From positions 1 to 47,487 of IMG/VR virus record IMGVR_UViG_3300034993_000075: 47,487 nt of DNA. The stretch is one strand, 5' to 3'. The notes under the pieces are model-generated. The model was not told the DNA's origin, did not search any database, and saw only the letters and a list, made by a program, of their open reading frames with translations. Position numbers and translations under genes: made by a program. The DNA comes from a virus (lineage: Duplodnaviria; Caudoviricetes). This document shows, piece after piece, positions 17,191-27,647 of the stretch. Numbering within the stretch: the first letter of the stretch is position 1; the number at the start of each line of letters is the position of its first letter.

Positions 17191-20100
17191 CAGGCAACCC
17201 CCAACGCGACACGCATATCGGTCCGGGTGCCCTTGAAGTTCCGACGGATCTCATCCACCAAGCGGACCGCGACTTGCTGCGCGACCGCCTGTGGATCGTT
17301 GGCGCCCTGCACGACAATCGCGCCTGGGGCAATCGCGATCGACACGTCTCCCCCGCCGCCGAATCGCTGATTCGCCCCACTGAAGGCGACGTCCTCTGAT
17401 CCCGATTCTCCCGCTAGGAAGAGCGTAGGCTTCGTGACACGGCCATAACCTCCCGAGGCCATCGGGATCGGCTCGCCGTACATCTGCGCCGTCTCGCCAC
17501 CGGTCGCACGTTCCCCGCCGATCGGGGCATCCGGCGTGACCTCCTGCAAGGTCGACGTCAACGAAATCGCCTCGCCCAAGCGATCGATCATCTCGTTCAG
17601 CTTCTCGATCACCCGATCGAAGCCCCGCCACATGCTCTCCGTCACCGTGAGCTGTGTCCGGCCGAGCCGATACATCGCGTCGTCGCTGTCGCTCAGGCTC
17701 AGATTGAACAGGCCGGTCGCGTCCGTGACGTCCCCGAGCGCCGGCTCCAGGGCTTCGATGTTCAACTCGGCGTCGCCAAAGACGTCCTGGATCATGGACC
17801 GCGCCGTGTCGAATTCAGCCCGGGCGTCCCCATACAGTTTCGCGGTCTCCCCGCCCAGCGCCCGCTCGCCGCCAATCCGACCGGCTGCCTGGACAGTCGT
17901 CGCGATCATCGTGGCCGCCGTCCCGAGTCGCGCGATCATCGCGTCGATGCTGGCGATCACCCGATCGAAACCCTGCACCATCATCTCGGTCACGGTCGCC
18001 TGTGTCTGGCCGAGCTGCTGCAGGGCGGTGTCACTCGTGGTGACACTTGTTCTGAATCCTTCATTGGCGGTGGACGCTTGCGCGAAGGCCACGCTCGATG
18101 TCTGCTGCAATGACGACACTTGCGTCTCGAGTCCAGCCGCTCGCGTGGTCGTCTCTTGAATCGCGGACGAGGCCTGACGCGCGCCCGTTGTGAGGGACTG
18201 CCCGGGGGTATTCGTGAACGCCTCCGGAATCCGATGCACGTCGCCCGGATTGTTCCGGAGGAATTCGTCGATCTCGGCTTGCGTCGGCGGCGTGAAACCT
18301 TCCTTCTCCGGCCAGGCAATCTTGTCGACCTGGGTCTGCACGTTTTGAATCTGGGCCACGGTGTCGCGCATCGCGGCCGTGGATTGCTGCATCGTGCCCG
18401 TCGCGACCTTCGCCGCGTCCGCATTGGCCGTCCACTGATCGGCAAGTTCCTGCAGGCCAGGAATCACGAGCCCAGTCTGTTCCTGCAGATACAGATACCG
18501 CCGCGCGAGCCGCTCGAGGACGATGTCGTTTGACAACTGTTCCGGGGTCAGCCGCGCAAAGGCTTCCTGCAGATCCGCCATGTCCTCGAAGAACTGCGTG
18601 CCGAGGAGGTCATCCGCCACGCCCGTGATCCGCTGCTGCCGCTCGAGTTCATCGTTGAACTCGCCGAGCAGCCGTTGGAAGTGCTCCAGGCCGTCCCGGT
18701 TCTGTGACCCCCAGGCCGCGGCGAGTTCCTGCCCCGCCTCGCCCGCCATGTTCCGGATGTTGTCGAGGGAGCCGTGCGTCTCGAGCAAGCGATCCTGCAG
18801 CGCCCGGATCTCGCGGTTGGCCTCTTCGAGTTGGAGACGCCCTTCGGACTTCCCGAGCCCAAACAGGTTCCCAATCTTCGATAGGCCAGCCACGATCGCA
18901 CCCGCGAACTGACTGAGGATGGGCCCGACCATCGGCACGAGCGCCAACAGATTCGACGCCAGATTCGTCGCGAGCGACTTCACGGCCCCACCAATACCGC
19001 CGCCCCCTTCAAAGGCCGACCGGAAAATGTTGTTGAGGTCGCCGAGCGCACTACGGCCGGCATCCTTCAAGCCTTCGAACAGCCCGCCCCAATTCTTCGG
19101 GACCAAGTCCTCGATCGACACCCCGGCGTCCTTGGCCATCTGCGTGAGCCCGGCCTGGTTGTTGATGTCGCTTAGAACCTTCTGGTATTCCTTCGCCGCC
19201 GCCGTTTGCAGTTGCCACAGTTCCACGGCCCCGGCTTGCGACAGGGACATCTCGTAGTCTTCGTATGACTGCGACAACTTCGCCAGTTCCTCGTCCTGGC
19301 GCCCGAGTTCTAGGTTCATGTCGTACAACGCCTGGCGATCCTTGTCAGCCAAGTCGTCGACGCGATCGAGTTCAGCCAGCCACCCCTTGAGCGACTCCGA
19401 ATCGGTGAGTTCGACGAAGCGCTTTTGTTCGTCCGCCAGATCCTTCGTGCTCTTCGCGAGCGCCTTCGCGGACTGCGCACCAGATAGGAATGCCCCAGAC
19501 GCCGCCGATACTCGTGTCCCAGCCGTGCCGGCGGCCGAGCCGGCGCTACCTAAGGCGGCGCCGGCTTGCTCCGCGCCGGTCTTCAACGTCCCCTGCGTGC
19601 CACGAGCGGCTTCCATCGAGGCGACCATCTGATCCAGGGTCTTGATGTAGGTGCCGGAGGTGGTATTAACGTTCGCTTGGGCTCGATCGGCGTCTTTCAG
19701 CGCTTTCCCGCGAGCCACCATCGTCACCATGAGGCTCTGGATTGCCTCATCATTCTTCCGATAGGCCTCGGTGCCGATGCCGATTGCGTTGGGGAGCGCC
19801 AATTGCGCTTTCCCGAGATACAACGTGGCGACGGTCACCCCGTCGATGATTTGCCGGACGTTGCCGAAGAGTTTATAAATGGCGTAATACTCCGTGACGA
19901 GGAAGCCGGCCGACGTCACCGCCACCTTGGCAAAGTTCGCCAACGCAATCGCCGCGTCATCGATCAGATCAGCAATCGCCCGAACGAGATTGCCCTTCTC
20001 TGCCCCAAACGCCTGGGTCAACGCCTCGGAGATCCCATCCAGGCCGGCCATAATGACGGGCGAGGTCGCTACGAGGCGCCCGAGTTCGTTTTCAAAATTC

Positions 20101-21090
20101 ACCCATTGCGCCCGAGCTTGCGCGACCTTCTCATCTAAGCCGTCGGTCTGGACGCCGAGCCGGGCAATGGCACCGCCGACACTGTCGAGAATCGCCACCC
20201 GCGCGGCTTCGAGTTTGCCTTCTTCAGACAACTGTTCGCGCGTGGCCCCCAGTGACTTCGCGAAGGCGGTCTCCGCTTTCTCCAGATCGATCTTGCCGGT
20301 CAGGAGCGCCAGCGACCGTGTGCGGCCCGTCAACATAGCGTCGTTCATCGTCTCGAGTGCGGTCGCGACGTCGCCGCCTGTCGCTTGTGCCAACGCGAAG
20401 GCCCCTTGGGCCAGCGTGCCAAACTGCTGATCGGTCAGATTGAGGCCAGCCGCGAGATCCTGCGTGGCGGTCTTCATGAGATCAAAATCCGAGATCGTGC
20501 CGTGCGTCCCTGCGCGGAGTTCACTGAGCAGGGTTGATCCCAGTCGGCCGGACGAGGCCGTCAGATGATCGAAGTTTTCCGCGACATCCGCGACCGTGGC
20601 CCCATGGAGGGTGATCGTTTTGAGTTCATTGACGAGCCCAGTGACCGCAAACTTGACGGCGCTGAAGGCCGCCTGTGCCGTGACGAATCCTGCCGCAGTC
20701 GTGAGGATGCTCTTGCCGACTCCGGTCAGACTCAGACCGAGGCCACTCGTCGCCGTCTCGGTCTGCTTGGTGGCGGCCTGGATCGCCACCATGTCCTTCG
20801 GCGCTTGTTGGCCGAGTGCCTTGTATTTCGCGATCGCCTCCGTGACGGTGGCGTTGAGGCGCTTCTGTTCCGCCTCGGTGAGCTTGGTGACTCCGCCGAG
20901 ATCGTTGACGGCCTTGACGGCGAGCGTCGCCTCAGACAGCACCTTCCGGCCGCTGAAGGAATCGCCAAGGCGCGTGAGGGCCTTTTCGACCTGGCCAGCG
21001 CCGGATTGGAAGTCTCTGAGCTTTGTCTGGGCTTGCGCTACAGCGGCGGTAAACGCCGTGAAGTCAGCGCGGAAAGGTTGCGGAAATCAT
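17190..21090 (-). CDS. tape measure protein (native ATG at 21090 needs a +1 frame change; in-frame GTG at 20942)
   Basis: ~1300 aa Ala/Gly-rich helical protein; C-terminal MASGG.G.VTKPTLFLAGESG.E..F motif. Confidence 0.9.
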
Positions 21091-21872
21091 ACCGCCACCT
21101 CCGATTCCAGCTTCGCACCCTTGGCTCTATTGCAGCGAGAATGCGTGGCCTGAATGTTGTCGGTGGCATGTGCTCCACCACGCGACAACGGAATGATGTG
21201 ATCAAAGTCGATCCCAAACAGATCGAAGGGCTTACGACAAATGCCGCAGACTCCGTTGGAGTCCTTTAGAATCTTCTTGAAGTTCACTCTCTCTGTTCGA
21301 GACTGACGCTTGAGGGCCTTACGCCGTCCTTGTATTTCTTTGTACTTCTCAGGGTTCCGACAATAGTCAGCCCTCTGCCACTCCCCCTTGACAGTATTTA
21401 TACGCGACCGGTTAGCTTCGCTCCAGGCCCGCGCCATTTCCCTGACTTTGTCTGGATTCGCAGCAGCGAAGGCCCTCGCGCGGGCCTTGAATGGCTCCGG
21501 ATCGGCTTGGTATTTCTGCTTATACTTTTCACGGATCAGGCCCCGATTCTTACGCGAATATTCGTTCTTCTTCGCCAGAATCTCAGGTCGATTGCGCTCC
21601 CACCACTGCTTCTTATAGGCCTTGACCACCTCCGGCTTGCTCGCATGCAGCGCCTTCTGGTACGCGATGCGTTCCTCCCGATGTGCCTCGTAGTACGCCT
21701 TTGCCCGCGCCTTCAGTCGCTCAGAGTTGGCCTCGCGATGCCGCTTTGCAGACGCACGAACTTTGTCTTTGTTGTCAGCCTCATAAGCACGCACCCGTGC
21801 CTTGATTTCCTCGCGATGAGCAAGGTAATAGGCACGGGCATATTGGCGCTGTTCTTCGGGTGACTTGGCCAT
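21087..21872 (-). CDS. HNH endonuclease with repeated charged N-terminal helices
   Basis: CGIC..DFDHIIPLSRGG.H..DNIQ..H..CN..K; visibly lower GC than its flanks. Confidence 0.9.
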   Translation of the reverse strand: MAKSPEEQRQYARAYYLAHREEIKARVRAYEADNKDKVRASAKRHREANSERLKARAKAYYEAHREERIAYQKALHASKPEVVKAYKKQWWERNRPEILAKKNEYSRKNRGLIREKYKQKYQADPEPFKARARAFAAANPDKVREMARAWSEANRSRINTVKGEWQRADYCRNPEKYKEIQGRRKALKRQSRTERVNFKKILKDSNGVCGICRKPFDLFGIDFDHIIPLSRGGAHATDNIQATHSRCNRAKGAKLESEVAV

Positions 21873-21883
21873 CGGTTTTAGGT

Positions 21884-22036
21884 CTAGCGCTGCTTCTGTT
21901 CGTCCTCGATCATCTCCATGAGGACGTCGTACACGTCGATCGGGAGTTCAGCGACCCACTCGTATTTCCATCCGTTCATCCAGCGACAGACTCGGAGATC
22001 ACTGGCGATGTACTCCCGCTGGTTCGGGCGTTTTTT
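21884..22036 (-). CDS. tail assembly chaperone -1 frameshift extension (gpT-like)
   Basis: Slippery A-AAA-AAC at 22036-22030; -1 frame gives KRPNQ..DLRVCRWMNGWKYEWVAELP.DVY..L. Confidence 0.7.
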   Translation of the reverse strand, partial: KKRPNQREYIASDLRVCRWMNGWKYEWVAELPIDVYDVLMEMIEDEQKQR

Positions 22037-22479
22037 CGTTCGTCCCGCCTGATCCCCACTTGCTCGTCGTGCCAATCGATCGCGGCCGAGACTTCGCGGA
22101 AGCTGTCGGTTTCGAGGTGGTTGAGCGCGGCCACCGTGAAGGGCTCCGATCGTCCCTCCGCATTCACGAACGACCACGCCACGATGTACTGCGCCATCTT
22201 GGTGAGGCCGACTTGATTCGGATCGAGGACCGCCTTCTCGCCCTCGTTCAGTTCTTTGACGATGTCCGTGAAGATACGTCGCGTCTCACCGGCGTTGAGC
22301 TCGGCCTTGACATCGACCCAGTCCCCGTCCGCCGCGGACTGCTCCACCATCGCTTCGGCGTCCGCGATGGCATCAGGCGGGGCCTTCTCGTCGATCAGTT
22401 TCTGGAGGGCTCGTTTGTGGACATCCACGAGATACAACCGGACTTGGTCCGGCTGGACAAACCGACACCGCTTTCCCAT
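21976..22479 (-). CDS. tail assembly chaperone (gpG-like)
   Basis: Between tail tube and TMP; IVAWSF motif; slippery site near 3' end. Confidence 0.75.
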   Translation of the reverse strand: MGKRCRFVQPDQVRLYLVDVHKRALQKLIDEKAPPDAIADAEAMVEQSAADGDWVDVKAELNAGETRRIFTDIVKELNEGEKAVLDPNQVGLTKMAQYIVAWSFVNAEGRSEPFTVAALNHLETDSFREVSAAIDWHDEQVGIRRDERKNARTSGSTSPVISESVAG

Positions 22480-22527
22480 ATACACGTCTCCTTCTGCAAC
22501 CCCTGTGACTCGTCTCCACGATGCCGG

Positions 22528-22806
22528 TCAGTAGACCGGCGGTTCTAACGTCGCCTGTATCCGGGTCGTCCCCACTTGGATCGTCTTCACTGGGAATGCC
22601 CAAAAGCCATTCCTCCCCGTGCGCGGGGCGGTGAACAGGAGCGGCTTCTGTCGCGCCTGGAAACTGTCCACCCGATCGACGATCGCGGACAGAATCCAGG
22701 CCCCCTTTTCTTGCTTGGCGATCTGCCAGCGACGGAGCACGACCGCTGGGCGATACCCCCAGACGATCGTGGCCTCCGTCCCGTGCAGATTGACGTTCTG
22801 AAACAT
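22528..22806 (-). CDS. hypothetical tail-region protein
   Basis: ATG 22806 just after tube gene stop. Confidence 0.6.
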   Translation of the reverse strand: MFQNVNLHGTEATIVWGYRPAVVLRRWQIAKQEKGAWILSAIVDRVDSFQARQKPLLFTAPRTGRNGFWAFPVKTIQVGTTRIQATLEPPVY

Positions 22807-22813
22807 CGCCGAC

Positions 22814-23215
22814 CTATGGCGAGCCGACCGGCAACGTCCACGGACCCGCCGCACGGAACTGCGACGAGACTTTCGGCGCCCCGTTGACCGAGCAGTCGAT
22901 GTCCACGTCCAGATAGGCCAGGCCGCTGAACACGAAGCCCGGCTCTTGCGTGTTGGGCTCCAGTTCCAGCGTGCCGGGTGTCGTCGACTCCGTCGCCTGA
23001 ATCAGATCGACGTCGTCCGAGTTCCAGAACCCGGTGAGCGTCCCGCTGACGTCACGCAGGCCCGGGATGTAGACCTTGTTCGTGTCCTGGAAGCAGCTCA
23101 CGTCCTCGTAGTCCGTCTTCAGCGAGAGGGTCCAGCCCTTCATGCTGATCAGATTGGTCGGCGAGCTTCCGCTCTGCGACCACATCACTTGTCCGAATCG
23201 TCCGGTCTTAATCAT
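22814..23215 (-). CDS. major tail (tube) protein
   Basis: WTLS..DYEDVSCF.D.NKVY.PGL.D.SG...GFW; RBS AGGAGG. Confidence 0.8.
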   Translation of the reverse strand: MIKTGRFGQVMWSQSGSSPTNLISMKGWTLSLKTDYEDVSCFQDTNKVYIPGLRDVSGTLTGFWNSDDVDLIQATESTTPGTLELEPNTQEPGFVFSGLAYLDVDIDCSVNGAPKVSSQFRAAGPWTLPVGSP

Positions 23216-23227
23216 TCACGTGTCCTC

Positions 23228-23665
23228 CTATGTCAACGCCATCTGCACCCGATACTCGCCGCCCCGATGTCGCCACCGCAGACTCGGATCGCCGTCGTCC
23301 ACTTCGGTGTAGCGCACCCGCCGCTCCCGGTGACACGCCATCCACCCATAGCCCGCGACCGCAATCGGCGACCCAAGCCCGATCGGTTGGTCCTCGAGCA
23401 AGGCATCAATCCGTGCCGCCGCCTCTTTCAAATTCGCGCCGGTCGTCGAGAGCGCCACCGCCTTCACGAGATACAAGTAGTCCTCAAACGCCCGCCCTCC
23501 GAACACGGCCTCGTCGACTTCATCGATCAGCGACACGATCACAAAGCGCGTCGACCCGGGCGGCGCTTCATCGAAGAAGACGCCATTCGGCATGTAGCCC
23601 AGGAGCGTCGCATCCGATCCCAACATCGCCACGAGCGCCGCGTCGATATTTGAGCTGTCCGCCAT
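23228..23665 (-). CDS. tail terminator/completion protein
   Basis: AL...L..DATL..GVFFD.AP..F; position. Confidence 0.7.
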   Translation of the reverse strand: MADSSNIDAALVAMLGSDATLLGYMPNGVFFDEAPPGSTRFVIVSLIDEVDEAVFGGRAFEDYLYLVKAVALSTTGANLKEAAARIDALLEDQPIGLGSPIAVAGYGWMACHRERRVRYTEVDDGDPSLRWRHRGGEYRVQMALT

Positions 23666-24084
23666 TACGGCTCCCCGCTCACCGTCGCCCCGTGGCGCAC
23701 GAGCATCGCCTTGAGACGGCCATACATCCGCGTGCGTGCTCGTATCGACATCGCGCGAAACGACTGGCGCCCAGAGGCCGGCGGCATCCGTCCGCGAAAG
23801 GCCCCCGCCGAGTTGTAGCGCGCTTGCGATCCACTCTCGTAGATGTGCGCGTGTTTCGCGGTGTTCTTCAGCACCACGACTGCCCCGAACTCGCCCCCGT
23901 TTCGAATCTGAATTTGCATGTGATCCGCGAGATTGCCGCTCACCCGTGGGTAGTCAATGCTGTCCTTCGCCTCGTTGGCCGCGTGCAGCACGATGCCGCC
24001 CGCGTCGTCCGCCAACTCCCGAGGGAGGTTGCGTAAGTCGCGCAAAAGTTCGTCCAACCCGTTGAACGTAACCGACGCGCTCAC
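23665..24084 (-). CDS. HK97 gp10-like neck protein
   Basis: GLDEL...L..P..SGNL..HAHIYE.G motif. Confidence 0.75.
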   Translation of the reverse strand: MSASVTFNGLDELLRDLRNLPRELADDAGGIVLHAANEAKDSIDYPRVSGNLADHMQIQIRNGGEFGAVVVLKNTAKHAHIYESGSQARYNSAGAFRGRMPPASGRQSFRAMSIRARTRMYGRLKAMLVRHGATVSGEP

Positions 24085-24428
24085 AACACAACCTCCACCG
24101 CGACCAGTTTCATCTCCCGTGTGCGCCCGTCCACCTGATGCACGCCCGTCACGTTGGCCGACCGGACCCGCCGCGCTTGATCCGTCCAGCGCAGACGGGT
24201 CTGCGTCGTGACGCCGGCATGAAACCGCATCCGCACAATCAGCGCGTCCGTGGCGATCACGGACCCTGACCGAATGCGCTCCAGGTCACTGGCCGCGCCC
24301 GACTGAATCTCGGCCTTCATCGTGGCCGGTGACAACGGGGTCTCTGTGTCCTCGTGGCCCCCGTCGCCGTCAGGGCTGGTCGTCACATGAAACAGCGACA
24401 CGCGCTCGCGTAAGCGTCCGATGTTCAT
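24081..24428 (-). CDS. head-closure (SPP1 gp16-like) protein
   Basis: MNIGRLRERV..DGDGG..IVRMRF..GVT...RL. Confidence 0.8.
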   Translation of the reverse strand: MNIGRLRERVSLFHVTTSPDGDGGHEDTETPLSPATMKAEIQSGAASDLERIRSGSVIATDALIVRMRFHAGVTTQTRLRWTDQARRVRSANVTGVHQVDGRTREMKLVAVEVVL

Positions 24429-24724
24429 GCGATCACCGGCGCCCGTGTGCGTGCGAGGACGCGCCCCACGGCCTGCCACACCTTCTCGTCCGGTTCCATA
24501 TCGTCGCCCCGGTGTTCCCAGAGGTGCGTCAACATCAGGAGCACGGCCGAGCGCACCCGCGACGGGACCGTGTCCGACGTCCAGGTGACATCAGACAATT
24601 CCGCCAGGTAATCCGTGATGATGTCGGTGGCCTCGAGCACCTTGGCGACAATCAACCTGTCCTCAGCGTGCGTGGTGATCTCCAGGTGACGCTTGGCATG
24701 GCTGAGATCGACGAGCATCGGCAT
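24425..24724 (-). CDS. head-tail connector (HK97 gp6-like)
   Basis: LVDL..AK.HL.I..ED..I..A...I..Y..VP..V..AVL....HLWEHR. Confidence 0.85.
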   Translation of the reverse strand: MPMLVDLSHAKRHLEITTHAEDRLIVAKVLEATDIITDYLAELSDVTWTSDTVPSRVRSAVLLMLTHLWEHRGDDMEPDEKVWQAVGRVLARTRAPVIA

Positions 24725-25461
24725 CAGGCCACCCCTTCCGGTTGCCAGGCACGCGAGGTGAACTGCGAATCGTTGACGACTGCGCTCGCGGTATAGAGGC
24801 CGCTTTCCACCCCGACGTGGCGAACAAGGTGCGGTTCGCTGACATAGCCGAACCGCGACGCCGGCCAGCGGTCGAGCGCCCAGTAGCCGATCAACTTGTC
24901 GAACCCCTTGTCTGGCTCGTTCTGAAACCTGGCGCTTCGTGGTCGCCAGTGCTTGCCTTTCACCGCCGCCCAGGCCACACAGTCTCGGGCGTCCTCCGCG
25001 CGTATGGCGATAGCTTGCGACCCCCGCTGTTCCTGAAGGTCGTAGAGCGCTAGACCAGGCGCACGGCCTGGACGCCTTCCACGGCCGAAGGCGCAGAACC
25101 GATACACATGCACGTCCTTCCGCTGGTGTCTATCCAGCCACCGCAGCACGGACCCGGGGAAGTCGTCACAAACGTCGATGTCGTCCTCCAGCATGAGCAG
25201 CCACTCCGCCGGGGCCACGTCGAGCACCGCAATCTGCGCGAGGCCGTTCGCGTTCGGCGTCCGGCGTGTCGTCGGCACATGACGCACGACGGGATGGCTG
25301 CCGATTTCCTTTGACAGCCAGGCGTCATCAGGATCCGTCAACACCAAGTGGATGGACTCGGCCGCGACGCCATGCGCGAGTAGGCCTCGGACGGTGCGGC
25401 CCAGATAGTTCTTCTTCGGCGAGCGGTTCGCCGTGCGGATCGTGATGGTCAGCCTACGCAT
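24724..25461 (-). CDS. GT-A glycosyltransferase (GT2/GT25-like)
   Basis: NYL.RT..L, WLLMLEDD, LVRHVG..S motifs. Confidence 0.7.
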   Translation of the reverse strand: MRRLTITIRTANRSPKKNYLGRTVRGLLAHGVAAESIHLVLTDPDDAWLSKEIGSHPVVRHVPTTRRTPNANGLAQIAVLDVAPAEWLLMLEDDIDVCDDFPGSVLRWLDRHQRKDVHVYRFCAFGRGRRPGRAPGLALYDLQEQRGSQAIAIRAEDARDCVAWAAVKGKHWRPRSARFQNEPDKGFDKLIGYWALDRWPASRFGYVSEPHLVRHVGVESGLYTASAVVNDSQFTSRAWQPEGVA

Positions 25462-26437
25462 GGGCGTACACCTGATGCGGGGCCTGGAGCGCGCGGATAC
25501 CCAGGGATCCGTAGTCCTGGCGACTCGCGAACACGCGGCGAGCCGTGGCGATGTGGCGCCGCAACTTGTCGACCGCCGGCTGATACCCGTAGACCGTCTT
25601 GGCATTCACGCCGAGAAACGGCGGTAGATACGCATACCCGCCATAGGTGCCGACGAACTTCGACGCCCCCGCAATGACCCGTGTCTGCACGTCCAAATTG
25701 GTGTCCGGCGTCAGGCGATCCGCGATCCGGTGCAACCGTGGCGACTGCACCTCCGCACAACTGAACTCGTGATGGTCGTCACACTGGACCCCCGTGTTCA
25801 TGAGCACTACGTGGTGCTCCTTGAGCAACCCGCGCACCGCGTCAGAGACGATGCGCCGCGTCTCGGGCGAGCTCGGGCAGATGGCGCTGGTATAGAACCG
25901 GACGGCCACATACCGATCGGGCAGCCCATCCAACGGTGTCACCGGGCGGAACGGATAAGGCCGCATGTACTCCAGGAACTCCGGTGTCCACGGACGATGC
26001 GCCCAGAACAACTGATACATGAGCGACGGGTGCAGGATCTCCACCTCGCCACGGAGGTCAGGCGTCAGGCGCTGCAGAATCTCGTGATCGAGTGGCCCCA
26101 TCCAGAAGTGCTTCATCGCCCCTGTCGACGCGATCCGCGCCTCGTTCCCACGTCGGAATTCCCCCGGCGCCATCACGGAGAAGATGTCCAGGTATCGACT
26201 GGCGAGGTGCGCGTACCACGACTGCGCGCCCCCGCGCGAGATGACAATCAGCCGCTCAGGGTCGAGGTGGTATTCGCGCTGTGCCCACGCGACGAACGGG
26301 ATCCAATACAGCAGCTCGTAGCCGACCTCCGTCAGCCACGGGCCGACGAGAATCGGACCGGTCCCCGTACGCATCCGTTCCAGTGTGGCGTGCAGGTTCT
26401 CGATCGCGGCGTGGCCGAGGGCGGGATCGACCTTCAT
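25454..26437 (-). CDS. GT-B-like glycosyltransferase / polysaccharide-modifying protein
   Basis: GPW..EVGYELLYWIP; YVAVRFY; VIAGA..FVGTYGG (GT9-like C-terminal motif). Confidence 0.55.
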   Translation of the reverse strand: MKVDPALGHAAIENLHATLERMRTGTGPILVGPWLTEVGYELLYWIPFVAWAQREYHLDPERLIVISRGGAQSWYAHLASRYLDIFSVMAPGEFRRGNEARIASTGAMKHFWMGPLDHEILQRLTPDLRGEVEILHPSLMYQLFWAHRPWTPEFLEYMRPYPFRPVTPLDGLPDRYVAVRFYTSAICPSSPETRRIVSDAVRGLLKEHHVVLMNTGVQCDDHHEFSCAEVQSPRLHRIADRLTPDTNLDVQTRVIAGASKFVGTYGGYAYLPPFLGVNAKTVYGYQPAVDKLRRHIATARRVFASRQDYGSLGIRALQAPHQVYAHA

Positions 26438-27051
26438 ACGTAGTCCACCCATCGCCGAAACACGGGATCACGGCGCTTCTGCTTCTTCCATCGAGGCACG
26501 TCAGCTGGATCAAGCGCAGGCAGTAGTCCAGCCTGCACGAACACCAGATTCGAACGGGTCGAGGCCGTGAGCGTGTAGCCCTTCCGCTTGGCCAGGCGCG
26601 TCAAGGCCAAGACACTCGCCCCGTAGTAGTTCGTGCCGTCCCACGTCCGGTCCGGGTCATAGGGCACCACCCGGGACTTCGTCGGCCCCCACTTGGGGTT
26701 GAACTCGATCACCACGACCCGAGGCGTGAAGAGCAACGCCTCCCAGACCCACAAGTCATTCCCGTCGATGTCAATCGACAGCAAGTCGAACGCCATCGGG
26801 ACGTCATAGTCAGTGAAGACGCGATTGATGTTCTCGGCCGTGAGTCGGATGTGATGCACGATCGGCGAGAGCGGCGCCGCGTCGAAGAGCACCACACGCC
26901 AGTGCTCCGAGAGACGGAAGTGAGCGGTATTCGACCCGTGCAGGCCGTCGAGCGCCCCGAACTCCACGGCGACACGGTTCGTTCGGCCAATCCGATCGAA
27001 GATCGATACCAGGACGCGATCCTCTTTGCCTTGCGCCAGGAGCGTCGTCAT
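26434..27051 (-). CDS. FkbM-like SAM-dependent methyltransferase
   Basis: VEFGALDG..SNT, DLLSIDIDGND.W, PRVVVIEFN, YYGAS..AL..L...KGY. Confidence 0.85.
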   Translation of the reverse strand: MTTLLAQGKEDRVLVSIFDRIGRTNRVAVEFGALDGLHGSNTAHFRLSEHWRVVLFDAAPLSPIVHHIRLTAENINRVFTDYDVPMAFDLLSIDIDGNDLWVWEALLFTPRVVVIEFNPKWGPTKSRVVPYDPDRTWDGTNYYGASVLALTRLAKRKGYTLTASTRSNLVFVQAGLLPALDPADVPRWKKQKRRDPVFRRWVDYV

Positions 27052-27647
27052 CGCGCCTTGCTCAATCCGCCGGTTTCGTAGGCGTAGCGCTTCTTCGGCG
27101 CGCGATACCAGCTCGGTTTGAGCACCGTCACCCGCACACCCCGCCCGCGCGCGAAGCCGATCCAGTAGAGAATCCCCCGGTGATCGAGCATGTGCGCGAT
27201 ACGCTTACTCTCGACCCCGTGGCCGTGCAGCACGATGTGGTCGTAGCCGCGCAGGATCGCGTAGGGGATCATGTAGTCAACCTGGCACGTCCAGTGGTTC
27301 CCCTCTTCGTTCGGATCGGGCGGAAACGCCGCCTCCACGTCCTCGATCGGGAACCGTCGCGAGGCCGGGATCGTCTTGTCCACGGTCAGCATCCAGAGCG
27401 GTCGGCCGTTTGCGGGGAGTGTGCGATACCACGCGAGCGTATTCGGGCGCTTCCGCTGGACTCCGTCATAAAACGGCTTCCGTTCTACGGGATGCAATTC
27501 AAACCATTCGTCCCAGTCGTCCAGGCGCGCGCCGCGCTTGGTGTACTGCTGCTGCGTATGCGTGCAGACCCAGAGATCCGCGTCCGGAAATTGCACCTTG
27601 GGCGACACCGGCTCAATGACCTTGCCGTGAATCACGACGGTTTTCAC
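27048..27647 (-). CDS. divergent Maf/sialyltransferase-fold protein
   Basis: VVIHGK, D.W, WFELH, YMI.YAI..GYDHIVLHG motifs parallel to its two upstream neighbours. Confidence 0.5.
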   Translation of the reverse strand: MKTVVIHGKVIEPVSPKVQFPDADLWVCTHTQQQYTKRGARLDDWDEWFELHPVERKPFYDGVQRKRPNTLAWYRTLPANGRPLWMLTVDKTIPASRRFPIEDVEAAFPPDPNEEGNHWTCQVDYMIPYAILRGYDHIVLHGHGVESKRIAHMLDHRGILYWIGFARGRGVRVTVLKPSWYRAPKKRYAYETGGLSKAR

